Source: the human T2T-CHM13v2.0 reference genome, Homo sapiens. Taken from it: a stretch of 64,000 nucleotides of DNA. Shown here piece after piece: positions 27,904 to 43,727 of this stretch (its first letter is position 1; each line of letters starts with the position of its first letter). Position numbers and translations under genes: made by a program. The notes under the pieces were generated by a model that saw only the letters and a list, made by a program, of their open reading frames with translations, ran no database searches and was not told the DNA's origin. The DNA lies in assembly GCF_009914755.1 (NCBI RefSeq), contig NC_060928.1. One strand, given 5' to 3'.

Positions 27904-28507
27904 CGTTTATTAATTTATTTATTTCAGTAATTTTGGGGGGAACAGGTAGTGTTTGGTTACCTGGAGAAGTTCTTTAGCAGTAATTTCTGGATTTTGGGTT
28001 TCAAAATAATGGCATTTGCGGCAACCTGGATGGAATTAGAGACCATTATTTTAAGTGAAGTAACTCGGGAATGGAAAGCCAAACATCGTATGTTCTCTGT
28101 CATAAATTGGAGCTAAGCTATGAGGATGCAAAGGCATAAGAATGATACAATAGATTTTGAGGACTCGGGGGAAAGGGTGGGAGGGGTGGGAGGGATAAAA
28201 TACTACACATTAGGTAGAGTGTACACTGCTTGGATGATGAGTGCACCAAAATCTCAGAAATCACTGCTGAAGAACTTCTCCATGTAACCAACCACCACCT
28301 GTACATATACCCGTACACCACATTTTCTTTATCCACTCATTGATTGATGAGCACTTGGGCTGGTTCCATATTTTTGCAATTGTGCTGCTACAAACTTGCC
28401 TGTACAAGTGTCTTTTTCATATAACGGCTCCTTTTCTTCTGGGTAGATACTTAGGAGTGAGATTGCTGAATCAAATGTTAGATCTACTTTTCGTTCTTTA
28501 AGGAACC
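27904..28507 (-). mobile_element. L1PB-like 3' fragment with internal inversion, inserted in a MER5-like element
   Basis: Minus 27904-27998, plus about 28003-28302, minus 28303-28507. TSD CAGGAGGCTTGTT (27891-27903) / CAGGGGGCTTATT (28508-28520). Confidence 0.8.
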
Positions 28508-30309
28508 CAGGGGGCTTATTTAAAATGCAGATTTCCAGTGCTGGAATAGGATTGCTAAAAAAAATTAAAAATTGCAGGTTAAAGAGCTCTGGGCCAGATA
28601 GACTGAATTAGGCTCTCTAGAATTGGATCCCTGGAGTGGGCATTATACTACATACCTGGAGAAATTCTAAGACCTACCTCCCTGGGAGGGAGTTTCATTA
28701 ATTACATTAATGAGAATATCACCAGCTACTGTTTAGGAGCATTTGCCTAGCACATTTATCCAACTCAGGAATAGTGCTAAGAATACAGTGTGAATGATCT
28801 CAATAAATCCATGTCACATCCATGTGAGGTGGGTCTCATAGTGTCCCTGTTTTACTGAATATGAAAATGGGGCCCAGACAAGTTGTCACTTGCTGAAAGT
28901 CACATTGCAGGGCTGAGTTTCCAATCTGAGTCTGTCTTGTTTTGAAAGGCAGTGCTGTTAATTACTACACTATTTTATGCATCCGTTCATGAGACCAATA
29001 TTTATTATTTACTAAGTGTCAGGTATTTACTAAGTGTTTAGATTTGAAAAACTGTATTAGATCACAAAAATTCTCCTATTGTGATTACAGCAATATTGTA
29101 GGTTACAGGTTAATATACAAAAGTCAATTGCTTTCTTGTATGCCCGCAATGAACAAGTGTAATCTGAAATTAAAAACACAAAATGATTTACATTTGCACC
29201 TTCAAAAATGAAATATTGGATATAAATCTAATAAAACATGCATAAGATCTACTTGAGAAGAACTACTCAACTCTGATGAAAGAAATCAAAGAAAAACTAA
29301 ATAAATGGAGGCATTCCATGTTCATAGATAGGAAGATTCCATTTTGTGAAGATGTAAGTTATTTCAAACTTAACGTGTAGATTCAGAGCAATCTCATTCG
29401 AAGCCTCGGCAAGTTCTCTTGTAGCTACTGACAAGCTGATTCTAAAGTTTATATGGAGAGGCAAAAGACTCAGAAATAGCCAACACAATATTGAAGGAAA
29501 AGAACAAAGTTGGAGGATTGACACTATTCTACTTTAAGACTTGCTATAAAGCTGTAATAATCAAGAAGGTGTGGCATTGGCAAAAGAATAAACAAATAGA
29601 GCAATGTAACAGCATAGAGAGTCCAGAAATAGAGCCACATAAATACAGTCACTGATCTTTGACTAGGGGGAAAGTCAATACAATAAAGATCATCTTTTCA
29701 ACACATGGTACTGGAACAACCAGACATCCACAAGCAAAAAAAAAAGAAAAAAGAAAAGAAAAGAAAAAGAAAAATTAACTCAAAATGTATCATAAACCTA
29801 AATGTAAAATACAAAAGTGTGAACCTCCTAGAAGATAACTTAGGAGAAAACCTAGATGGCCTTGGGTTTGGTGATGACTTTTTAAATATGACACCAAAGG
29901 CATGATCCATGAAGTAAATAATTGATAAGCTGGATTTCACTAAAGGTAAATATTTCTTCTCTGCAGATGATAGTCAAGAGAATGAAAACACAAACCACAG
30001 ACTGGGAGACAATATTTGTAAAAGATATATCTGATTTAAAAGAAACATTATCCCAAAATACAAAGAATCTTAAAAAACTTAACAATAAGAAAACAAACAA
30101 CCTGATTACAAATGGGCCTAGGGCCTTAACAGACATCTCACTAAAGAAAATACAGAGATGGCAAATAAGCATATGAAAAGATGGTCCACATCATGTGTCA
30201 TTAGGGAAATGTAAATTTAAACAACAAGGAGATAACATTGTCCATCTATTAGATGGATAAAATTTAGAACACTGAAAAGACCAAATCCTGTAAGAGTGTG
30301 GGGTAACGG

Positions 30310-30670
30310 TGTATTAATCCATTTTCATGCTGGTGATAAAGACATACCTGAGACTAGGTAATTTATAAGGAAAAACAGGTTCAATGGACTCACAGTTCTG
30401 TGTGGCTGAGGAGGCCTCACAATTATGGTGGAAGGTGAAAGCCGCATCTCATAAGGTGGCAGACAAGAGAAGAGAACTTGTGCAGGGAAACTCCCCTTTA
30501 TAAAACCATCAGATCTCATGAGACTTATTCACTATCATGAGAATAGCATGGAAAAGACCTGCCCCCATGATTCAGTTATCTCCCACTGGGCCCCTCCCAC
30601 AACACATGATAATTATGGGAACTAACAATTTGAGATGAGATTTGGGTAGGGACACAGCCAAACCGTCTCA
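30310..30670 (-). mobile_element. THE1B solo LTR
   Basis: TGTATTAATCCATTTTCATGCTG ... GGACACAGCCAAACC; TSD AACGG/AACAG. Confidence 0.88.
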
Positions 30671-31206
30671 AACAGGAACTCTCATTCATTGTTGGTGGAA
30701 ATGCAAAATGGTACAGCCATTTGCCAACACAGTTCAGCAGCTTCTTACAAAACTAAACATATCCTAATCACATGATCCAGCAATCATGCTCTTTGGTGTT
30801 TACCTAAAGGCGTTGAAAACTTATGTCCATGCAAAACCTGCAAACAGATGTTTATAATAACTTTATTTGTAATTGCTGACACCCAGAAGCAACCATGGGG
30901 GTCTTTAATAACTGAATGGATAGATAAACTCTCCGGAACATCCAAGAAATGAAATATTATTCAGCACTAAAAAGAAATGAGCTATCAAGCCACAAAAAAA
31001 GACATGAAGAAAACTTATATGCACATTACTAAGTGAAAGAAGCCAGTCTGAAAAGACTCCATATTGTATGATTCCAACTATATAACATTCTAGAAAAGGC
31101 AAAACTTGGAGACAGTAAAAAGGTAAGTGATTGCCAGGAGTTACAAGGGAGAGAGAGATGAATAGGCAGAGTATGGAGGATTTTTAGGGCAATAAAAATA
31201 CTCTGA

Positions 31207-31510
31207 GACTGGGCGAGGTGGCTCATGTCTGTGACCTCAGCACTTTGGGAGGCTGAGGTGGGCAGATTGCTAAAGCTCTGGAGTTTGAGACCCACCTGGG
31301 CAACATGGTGAAACCCCATCTCTACAAACAATACAAAAATTAGCTGGGTGTGGTGGTGCATGCCTGTAGTCCCAGCTCCTCAGGAGGCTGAGGTGGAAGG
31401 AGGCTTGAGCCCGGGAGGTCAAGGCTGCAGTGAGCTGTGATCTTGCCACTGCACTCCAGCCTGGGTAACAGAGTGAGACCCCATCTCAAATAATAAATAA
31501 ATAAATACAA
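31207..31510 (+). mobile_element. AluJ
   Basis: Full dimer with (AAAT)n tail; TSD AAATACTCTG at 31196-31205 and 31514-31523. Confidence 0.9.
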
Positions 31511-31809
31511 AGCAAATACTCTGCATGATACTACAATGATAAATACACACCATTATACATTTTCCCAAACCCACAGAATGTACAACAGCAAAAGTGAACT
31601 CGAATATAATCTTTGGAGTTTGGGTGATAATGATGTGTCAAGGTAGGTTCATCAATTGTGACAAATGTATCACTCCGGTAGGGATGTTGATAATGGTGGA
31701 GGCTATGACATGTGCAGGCAAGGGGCATATGGGATAGCTCTGCACCTTCCTTTCAATTTTGCTGTGAACCAAAAACTGCTCAAAAAATATTGTCTTTAAT
31801 TTTTTTAAG

Positions 31810-32480
<671 letters not shown>

Positions 32481-33268
32481 AAAAGCAAACTGCTGGCAAA
32501 TGAAGATCATTTGCAATCATGATAACTGCTGTGAAGAAGTGAAAGCAGCGTTTTTGGGTAACAAGAGATGGAGGAGCCTGGTGCAGGGAGCTCCTTTAGA
32601 TGGGACAGTCTGGGTAAGTGACATGTGAGCTGTTGGAGTAGTAATTTTAGGTTAAGGGAGGCAGGCGACTGCCTTGCTAAACTTTTTCTGATTGTTTGGA
32701 GAACCGTCTACACTTACCAGATTCAATTGTTGAGAAACCCCAAAAGATCTTGGCTCTACTCCTCATTGGGTCAATCTTTTCCTGAGAATCCCTGGAAAAG
32801 CCGCTTTCCTTTGTGAATCTCAGTTTCCCTAGCTGTGAAATGGGCACACTGGCCCTGCTAAGAGGTCCTGAATGAGCTGCCCCAAGGACAGATCTAGCCT
32901 GAAGAAACATTGCTCTTGCCATTAGTTCAATTAATGGCCAGCATTTAAAATTGCGGTTTTTTTTCCTTGAAAAAATATTTTAAAATGAGCTATTTCTAAT
33001 AAAAATTCAGGTCTCCAGCTTCTCTGAAAATATCAGCAGAAAGGGTGAGCCCAGGTCAGGACTCCCACACAGCCCTGTGACTGCACTGAGTGTTGGCTGC
33101 CTCCTTCTTCAGTCTCATCCGGGTCAGCAGAGTCACACATGGCCCAAGTCAACCTGTGCCAGACCAAGTGAGTTTGCCATCCCTGAGTCAGAGGGCCTCT
33201 GAGGTTCCTGGTAGCTTTAGCAATCTTGGGTGTCTATAGATTTCCTCTGTTAGAGCCAAAGAAATTCT

Positions 33269-33530
33269 CTGTGTGTGTGTGTGTGTGTGCATGTACATGA
33301 AAGTGTGAGTTGTGTGTTTGTGTATGCATGTGTGTATTTGAGTGTAAGAGTGTGAGTGTGTGTTTGAGTATGTGTGTGTCAGTGCCTCAGTGCATGTGAG
33401 TGTCTGGCTGTGTGTGTGCATGAACATGTGAGTGAGTAGCATGTACGTGTGGCATGTGTGCATGTATACAGGTGTGAATGTACGTGTTAGGGCATGCATG
33501 TGATGGGTGTCTGAGTGGGTATGTGTTTTA
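33269..33530. repeat. (TG)n plus degenerate TG-rich repeat
   Basis: Direct reading. Confidence 0.85.
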
Positions 33531-35912
33531 GGGAGGAAGGTATCCACTAAAGTTGGAGGTTGCAAACCAAGACTATGGCTGATTGACTCAGAATAAAAAC
33601 ATTCATTTTTGAGACCCAGAGCAGGGACAAGAAACACTACACCTCTTTTCCTCTAGTTCCTTAATCAAGCCTTTTAACCCATGTAAGCTTATCCCCTATC
33701 TTGCAAATCGTAATCCTGACTCATTAAACCTCAGAACTGAATAGGGAATGGAAGTAGAAGGCATTTCTCTTTGAAAGGACTGAAGTGATAGCAGGTCTGT
33801 CTCAGGGGAGGGGCAAGGATGGAGAAAGAGACAAGTCCCAGCTGATGAAAGAGGCCAGGCGTAGCCACCCTCCCCCTCACAACTGTGTCTCCAGGGAGCT
33901 CCTGGAGCAGGAATTAGGCAAACAGGTTTGGATGAGCCTGCCGGCCTCCAGGTCTGCACTGCTTCAGGGCAGCGCTCCTCACTCCAGCCCTCCCCAGAGC
34001 TCCTGGGCCTGGTCACTATAAACCCCACTGCTGCTGCTGGATGAGAGACCCCAGGAGTTGCAGAGGGTGGTCGCAGACCTTGGAGAGCAGCCTAAGTCAC
34101 ATAATCCTCTGACGCCAGCCTTGGCGTGAGTCCCTCCCTCCTCCTGTACCCGAGAGCTCAAAGACTCAGGCCTGGGGCCTGGAAGTGGGAGTGACAGAGG
34201 GCATTGCAGGCTGCCCATTTTGGGGGCTTCAAGGGACACCCTGCCCTACCCCAAAGGAAGGAAATCAAGCTTCGAACGCGGCCACTGACAGAGCCGCCTT
34301 GCCCAGATTCCAGGCCTGTGGTTTTTTCTTCCTATTTGTAAGCATTTTGATGAGGTCAGAATTAAAATCAGTTTCCATGGTGAGGAAGGAGGGAGAGACT
34401 TAGAAACAGGGACACAGACAGGCACAAAGAGAGAAACAAGAAAAGGGACAGCTGGGAGGGAGGGAGAGAGACAGAGAGACAGAGGGAGAAGAGAGAGGAG
34501 AGAAAGGCGGAGAGGCTGGGCCAGGGTAGGAGGCTGTGTCCACCTGCACACATCTCCCACAGTTGGTTTTAGCAAATATGTTGACATGACCCAGATGAAA
34601 AGATATCAGGAAGCAGTGGAGATCGAGGCTCTGGGTCCACCTGTGAGAAAGTGAGCAAGGGAGAGGCCTTTGCTCCCACGTGCCCGCCCCAGCTCCCGGC
34701 TGTGTGTGTCCCTGAGAGAGGGTGGGGCAGGAAGGGAGAGAGGAAAATGTGGAGAGCAGAAACAAGGGAACGGAAAGATGGGGGAAAAGGGAGCCGAGAC
34801 CAGACAGAAAAAAAGGCAAAAGGGCAAAAGGGGCTGGAGAGCAAAGCTCTCGAAGATGATGGTGAGGCATGAGCCAGTGGCCACAGTCTCAGCCAGGAGA
34901 GGACTCCCCGCCCGCCCCTGGCTGTGCAGCCTGCACCTGGGCCTCAGGACACCTTGCTGGAAATCGGAAGGAGCCTGTCTGTGCAGTGGGGATGGCAATA
35001 GGGCTGATGTGGGTGGCGGGTTTGAGGATGCCTCCCCACAAGTCTCAGGAACTTCTCCAGCTCAACCCCTTCCCTGTGAAAGCCCCTCTTGGGGGCACTC
35101 AGCTCTAACCTGAATGAACCCACTGAGCGTTTACAGCCACACTCTGAAGGAGCTTGGTTCAGTTACCTGCCATTTTGGATGCGTGACCCAGAGAGGTTGA
35201 GAAACTGACCCAGCGTCACACAGCCAACCGGTGTTAGAGCCAAGAGTCAAGCAAGAGCTCCACTCTGAGAAGACAGAGCCCTTTCCCCTGGCCCTGGCCC
35301 TGCCCCACCCTGTCCTTCTGGAGCCCCTGCCAGGACAGGACAGTCCAACGCCAAGGGAGCCATAGCTGTCGAAGGGCTCTGTAGGTTCTGCTGAGCTGCC
35401 TTCTCAGACTTCAGAAAGCATCCAGTTGCTTGGGGGTCTTACTAAAATGCACATTCCATTTCAGGGGTCTGGGAGGGGCCCCAGGATTCTAGCCATTCCT
35501 GGCCAATTGCCAGGTAAGGCTGATGATGCTGGTTTGGGGACTACAGTTTGAGCAGAGAGGGACCAAGCCATCGGACGAGTGGAGTTATTCAGGTCTACGC
35601 ACTGATTTTTCAAGTCGTGCAGACACTAAAGTGTGGGGGTGGGGAGGGGGCCCTGAGAAATACCCAGCAGAGCAGGGAGGGGTGGAAATGAGGAGGAAGA
35701 GGGTCTCAGGATCAGGGGAGGTTGTTAGCTACCGTCACCCCAGGAGCATGCACTGTTGGGACACAGGCATGTCCATTTGGGATCCTGGTGCCCCCTTGAT
35801 GCTGAGTGACCTGGGGGAAGGCAGTTAACCTGTCTGAGCCTCAGCCTTCTCATCTGTGTAATGGGGACCCATATACCCTCCTTACAGCATTCCTCAGGGA
35901 CTAAAACAAAAT

Positions 35913-36182
35913 CTGAATTCATTTCCTAGGGATGACATAACAAAGTATCACACATGGGCAGGCTTCAAACAACACAAATTTACTCTCATAGTCCTGGAGG
36001 CCAGAAGTCCAAGACCAAGGTGCTGATGGGGCCCTGATCTCTCTGAAGGCTTGAGGGGAGGATCCAGCCCGGGCCTTTTTTCCTGGCCTCGGTGCTGCTG
36101 CAGTCTTTGGCATCCCGTGGCTCGTAGCTGCGACCCTCCAATCTCTGCCTGTCGTCACATGACCTTCTCCCTGTGTCGCTGG
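35913..36182 (-). mobile_element. MLT1 LTR fragment
   Basis: AAATTTACTCTCATAGTCCTGGAGGCCAGAAGTCCAAG. Confidence 0.7.
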
Positions 36183-37432
36183 TCCACAGTGGGGACTCAG
36201 AAACAGTCATTCCCTCCCTTCCTCCCCAGGCGTCTGGTATCAGTTAACTACACATCTCCCTGGCCCCAGCCCTACTGAGGGCAGCAGCATGCCCTGTCCG
36301 TCTCTCTAGGGGAAGGCAGATCTAAGTGAACAGGAATGAACCAAATACAACGTGGAGGATCACCAACTGCATGAGTCCCCACCAGGGTCCTCCCCTTGGG
36401 GCTGCATTTCCTTCCTTGAACCCCAGATGCACCTCAGGGAGGGAGTGGGGGACTCTGCTGCTCTGTGGGCATCTGGAGCTGCAGCCCCCAGCCCCTTGGC
36501 TGCAGAACACATACTTCTTTCGGGCCAGGTCTTCCCTGTCAGAAGCATACTCATGGCCTCATCATCTCAGCATAGAAGAAGGGACCCCGGAGTCCCCATG
36601 TGCCTCGCTTTGCCAACTGCTACACCCACATTATCTCCTGTACTGCTCTCAGCAATGCTCCAGGGCAGTGGATTGCAACCTTGAGTGTGCATGGAAATCT
36701 CCAGGAGGGCTCCCTCAGCACAGGCTGCTGGCTCCATCCTAGGGTTCTGGATTCAGCAGGTCAGGGGTGGACCCAGTGATTTGTGTCCCTCTCAAGTTGG
36801 CAGGTGATGCCCATGCTGCTGGCCCAGTAAGGTGGGTGCTATTATCTCATGGTAGAAATAAATGGGGAATAGCAGGCTCGAAGAAGTCAGGCGATTTGCC
36901 CAAAGCCACCTGGTTGCTAAACGCTGCGTTCACGTGTGGGGTCATCTCGCTTGGATTATGGACCAATCCCCAGCTGATCTTCCTGTTGGCCTATGAGGTC
37001 CAATACATCATCTAACCACTCCCCACCCCACACCCTCCCTAGTACCGGGTATCATCCCCCACTTCCTGGCCTCTGTGCTCAGAGACCACGGAGCCTCTGC
37101 CCTGAAGGAGAAGGAACAGACTGACAGTGAACACAGCCACTCCAGTGCCAGGCGAGCAGGGCGGGTGCTGCAGACATAGGCACCAGCCAAGAGCTCTGGA
37201 CACACCTGGGAAAGGGACTACTTCCAGATAGGAAAGAGCAGAATTAAGGAGGGCTTCCCAGAGCAGAGTGGATTCCACATAATATTTGCCTCCACTGCAG
37301 CACACTGCGTTCTAGGTCCAGCCTCCTCCCCGTCCCACTAACCTGGATAGTCTAGCTTGAGTGCCCAGTCTTAACCAGTTCTCTCAAGGCCCCCAGGCAC
37401 AGAAAGGAGGGAGGGAGAAATGAAAGGAGGGT

Positions 37433-37698
37433 AGGCTGAGGTGGGTGGAGCATCTGAGTTCAGAAGTTCAAGACCAGCCTGGCCAATATGGTGAAACCCT
37501 GTCTCTACTGAAAATACAAAAATTAGCCAGGCGTAGTGGTGGGCGCCTGTCCTGTAATCCCACCTACTCAGGAGGCTGAGGCATGAGAATTGCTTAACCC
37601 AGGAGGCAGAGGTTGCAGTGATCTAACATCGCGCCACTGCACTCTAGCCTGGGTGACGGAGAAAGACTCAGTCTCAAAAAAAAAAAAAAAAAAAAAAG
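37433..37698 (+). mobile_element. AluS, 5'-truncated
   Basis: Alu dimer remainder with an A tail of about 20 nt. Confidence 0.88.
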
Positions 37699-40182
37699 AA
37701 AGAAAGAAAGGAAGGAGAGGCTCTGTTTCTGGGGTGAGAGCCACTCAAGGGTGCTGCTGCAGGGCAGAGCTCTGGTGCGCAGTGACTTTGCAGCCACCCT
37801 GGGAGCCACTGTTGGTTTGCAGGACTAGTGGAGGTTAAACACAGCCTCAAGTTGGAAAGCCATTCTTCAATTTCTAATAAAAACCCTGAAGTAGGGATGA
37901 CGCACAATAAATCAGCCTCCAAGAGTCCCATCTCAGGGTAATCTTTTCAATTATCTGCTTGTGAGGTATGCAGCTCCTGAGATGATCAGAAGTGTGCAGC
38001 AAGGATGCCAGCCCTGGCCAGGAGACACCGAGCCTGAACCATGTTTGGCTGAGGGGCCCAGCTGCGGAGCCAAGGGGCCAGAGTTAAAAGGTAGATGAGT
38101 GGTAAGGGCAGATCAGACCTCCAAGGAGACGGCTACCAGGAATGGAAAGAAGGTTGGGGACCAGGTAACAGTCCTTTGGGTCAGAACAGGGACTGGTGCA
38201 TCCACAGCATCTCAGAAAGATGTCTTTGAGCACCCACTAGTTTCCAGGGGCGAGGCACAGAGCAGAGGCAAGGCAAGGCCACCCCCACCCCCCGCCATCG
38301 TGGAGCCGGCCTTCCAGCAGTGGAGAGGCACAAAAGACACAGGACAGGGAGCGACCGAAAATAGGCCAAGTGAGATACACAGAAGTGGTCCAGGAAGGCC
38401 TTTGTGAAGATCAACATTCGAGCTTCTCCAATCAGCGCTACCACTTATGAGCTGGGTGACTTGGAGGAAGTTAGTTAACCTCTCTGAACCCATGTGAGGG
38501 CTCTGCAAAGGAGAGGAGACATCAGGATGTGGTGAGGGCTGTGGAAGACAAGGGTGTTTCCCAGTTGCTTCTTCGCTCACTTCTTGTGCCCAAATCCTCC
38601 TCCTTCAAAGAGAGGTCGCTGTCTGCTCTGGCTTCCCCTGATTTCTGAATGGAACATAATTTCTCCTTCTTCTGCCATGTCCCGTTCTCCGAGACAGCCT
38701 GTGAGTTCTACTGTGCATCACACGGATTTGGGTTCATGCCCCCACACCTCTACAAGGCTGAGTGAGAACTAGTTTGGACCAAGATCCCAGTGTGACTTGG
38801 CCCTGTTGGCCTAGCACAGGATGTGGCTCAGAGACACTCAGCCACTGTCTGCTGCCTGGATGGGTGGGTGGAGAGACGGGTGGATGGTGGGTGGGTGAAT
38901 GAAAGCCAGGACTTGGGAAAATAAGATCAGAATTAAGGACATGGGGAAAGAGTAGCTTTGCAAGAGAGAAAGAATATTTCTTCCTCAATGACAGAAGAAA
39001 TTTACTCCAAGGAATAGAGGGGGAATGTGAGCAAACACCTTCATTCATCTTTTCCTTTACTTCAACATGCATTTGGGCTGTATGCTGAGCTTTGGGCATC
39101 TAAAGAGACAGGTTTCACGGCTGAATAGGAAATACAACAACTGAATAGACAGTGACTATGTGCTGTGGTCAACACTATTTAGTGCAGGAAGTTTAGGAGA
39201 CTCGGAGGAGGATCTGCTGATCCCCCCACTAATTAGTAAAAAGAAGGCTGCAGACAAGGCCCCCCCATCACCAGGTGACCCCGCATTCCCAGCACCTCAG
39301 TCCCGGCAGCAAGGTGACTTGGCACCATTGCTTTGCCACCTTTGGGCAAGCCTGCCCATGCCCGGGCCTCAGATCTTGAGCTAATGCCTGCCTGGGGTTC
39401 CCAGGGAACTGCCATGAGGCAGATGCTTGCAGATATGTGGGATTTTCTCTGGCTCTGCCATTTGATCCACAGGGGGATGGAATGACTCCCACATCTCAGA
39501 GATGAGGCCAAGAAGCTCAGAAGGTGAACTGTTTTACCCACAGTTACCCAGCTGCAGGGCCAAAGAGCCAAATTTTTTATCCAGGACAGGTGATGCTGAA
39601 CCCCAAGCCCTTCTCACCAGGCTGGGACGCTGCACTGCGTGGATGTTCCGTCTCCGTTGCTAGGGTAACCTCCCTCCCGGCCCAGCAGCCACCCCTCCTG
39701 GAGCGTGATTCTTGCACCTGACAGCATAATCTTCTGTGACATCTTAATCAGCACCCCGGCAACCGACAGAACCCGGACACCAGCATCACACTCAGCGCTC
39801 CGGGAGCCAGCAGGGCCTGGAGGGCCCACCTCCTCCTCAGCCTTAACCCTTGCCTGCCCACCCCAACCCCTCGTGGAATGGGGGGATGGTGGTTGGTTTT
39901 GAAGTCAAACAGATATTGTTTCAGCTTTAAGCTTTACCATGCCACGTTTCTAAACTTCGGTTTCCTAATCTGTACAGTGGGGATAATGATGCCCGTCCGG
40001 CTAGTGTACAAAATCGGATGAGGACATTGCAAAAGGACGTGAATGGGCCACAACATCTAAAGGAACTGGGGCACCTGGGAGTTTTCATTTCCATTATTTC
40101 ACTTGGAGCCAGTGGTTTTCAGAGCGGGGGGCCAGTGGCACCACAGAGCTGCCTGTGAGTAGAAGGGGAGATGCATCTGTCC

Positions 40183-40648
40183 TGTTGTGGGTTAAATTGT
40201 GGCCCCCCAACCCTCCCCTGCCACAAAAGATATATGAGAGTCCTAACCCCTGGGAACAGTGACCTTATTTGGAAATGGAGTCTTTGCCGAAGTAATCAAA
40301 TTCAGATAAGGTCCTATTGGTGTAGGTGGACGCTTCATCCAATATGACTGCTGTCCTTCAAGAAGACAGAAATGTGGAAACAGACACACAGAGGGATCGC
40401 CATGTGGGATGCACAAGGGAACACCATGAGAGACTGAGTCAGACACTGGAGTGAGCAGCTACAACCCAGGGAACCCCAAGGAATTGCTGGCCACCACCAA
40501 AGCCCAGAGAAGCAGGGCAAGCCTCTACCCAGGGTTTCAGAGGGAGACGGCCTTGCCAGTCTCTTGGTTTCAGACTTCCAGCCCTCAGATTGTGGGAAAA
40601 CACATTACTGCTGTTTTCAGCCATACAATTTGTGGTACTTTGTTAGGA
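40183..40648 (+). mobile_element. MLT1D/C-like LTR
   Basis: TGTTGTGGGTTAAATTGTGGCCCCC, GTGACCTTATTTGGAAAT, ends TAGGAAATGAATAT. Confidence 0.75.
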
Positions 40649-40656
40649 CCACCTTA

Positions 40657-41232
<576 letters not shown>

Positions 41233-41236
41233 TTAA

Positions 41237-41559
<323 letters not shown>

Positions 41560-43595
41560 ACAAGCACTGATTTTTTAAAAGCCCTCATTGGGAGGCCCTG
41601 AATGCCCCATCTTAGGGCCTTGCATTCAGTAGCAGTAGGCTGAGCGCCTCAAGGGTTCCTCTTTGAAGGCGGCAACCCCACCTAGGCCCCCACCCAACTA
41701 GGGCACAGCAGACCCCGGTGGATCCAGGAGGCGGGTGGCTTTGATGCGCCTTCATTTCCTCCTCTTCCGGCTCCATCTTCCTCCCTCTCTCTCCCTTTCA
41801 TCCCGGCTCCCTCCCTAGGGGAGACCCAGCCCCTGGCTTGGGATTTCAGAGCAATTCTGTCCCGCCTTTGATATCTTTGCACATGTGGAGAGGGGGCAAT
41901 CCCAGGGGGCTTTTCCTGCCAGGGAAAAAGGCAACAAAAATGTTTGTTTCCTTTCATTGTACTTTCACAAGCCTGCCTAGTCTTCCCTACAAAGGGGCAG
42001 CTTCCTCTTGGAGGAGACTCTTTCAGAGGCTAAAGTCCTCCCTTCTCTTCCAGTAGTTGAATGACCTTGGATGAGCGACTATTCACCCCCATTATATTCT
42101 CCATCTGTCAGATGGAGACTGTGATGTAAACCCCATGTGGCTGGGAGGACTAACCAAGGTAATGTGTGTAAAGAGCCTGCCCCTAGTAGGTGTTTGGAAG
42201 CTTCATGGTGGTAATCATTATGCCATTAATTTTCTCCACGTTCCTCACATGCGAGAAGCAAACACCATTCAGGAGGACTCTTGCCATAGACCACAGACTC
42301 TTGTGCCTCTGTTTTCTCATCTATTGAATGGGTTCATAGTGCCTGGGTATCAGGGTTGCTGGACACATTCAATGAGATACTAACAGTGCCTCACACTGAG
42401 CCAGCATCACACCTCTGCTTTCCCTTCTCACCACCTGTCTTTGAATTGTGAAGGCAAAGCCTAAATGTCAGCCCAAATTTGCCTTTCAAGACAGAAACTC
42501 CACAACACCCCCCACCCCCACCACAGGCAACCGGGGGCTACCAAGATCACTGCCATCCCCAGGAGAGTCCCAGGGAGGGTTTGCTGTCTGCACCCAGAGT
42601 GCAGAACTGGCACTCCTGCCTAGGAAGCGGGGAGGGGCGTGCTAGGCTTACTTCTGTTTTCTGGAAAGCTTGTAAACAGGAAAATGAAGGCTTGAGCAGG
42701 CAGCTGCAACGACTATCATTACAGGGGAGATGGAGTCCATGGAAGCCCATAACGGCCCCCTGACCTCCTCTGACCAAAGGCTGAGTTGGTAGAAGTGTCA
42801 GAAGCAGGGAGGGTTGCCGGAGCCTTGGGGTCACTCACACCCTGCATACCCTGCACCCTCCACCTCCCTGCCTTTGTCCTTTCACCTGCACCTGCTTAGC
42901 CCCCTCCACTCAGCTTGGCCAAATCCCGACCCTTCCTCCAGGTCCACATCTCCAGGGCCGCTCTTAGCTCAGAGTCTTTCTGAGGGAAACTGCCTGGCAC
43001 CAGTCCGTGATGAAGGTGTCAGCCTATTGGAACCTGCCCTCTCAGATAGGTAAGATCCAAAGATGTCAGCCGCAAGCTTCCAGTCCCTGGATGAGAACTT
43101 AGAGTAGGGCCAAGAGAGCTCTCTCAGGTATGTGAAAGAGCTGCTTAGCTGTGTGACCTCTGGGTTAGTGTGTTGACCTCTCTGGGCCTTGTCCTTCCAC
43201 TTACAAAAAGACCTAAACATCTCCTGGCCAGCTCATAGAGTCACTGAAAGGCTCAGATAAAATACAGGATGGGAAGTGGCTTTATCTTCTGGGGTGAATG
43301 ATAAAAACCTGGAATTAAGGTTGACCCTGCTGCACTAACTCCACTCAAGAGCAGAAAACTTCTGGAAAGTCCACTCACCTTTTTTAGTCAGAAAAAAAAA
43401 AAAACAAAAAAACAGTTCTGCAGGTTTCCTTGGTGCCAGGCACTGCACCATGCACTTCCCATGCTTTCTGTAGTTTATTCCTCACAACAATATAAGATGC
43501 ACAGACTTATTAGGCCCATTTTACAGATGACAAAACTGAGGCTATAGAGGCCATGAAGTTACAGTGCGTATGTGAGACATTTATTCAGTCATTCA

Positions 43596-43727
<132 letters not shown>

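Larger units (their letters stand above)
29085..31795 (+). mobile_element. Old L1 (L1MC1-like) ORF2 remnant and 3'UTR, interrupted by THE1B and AluJ
   Basis: Degraded ORF2 (LLEDNLGENLDGLGFGDDFLNMTPKA) and an L1MC-type 3' end. Confidence 0.85.
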
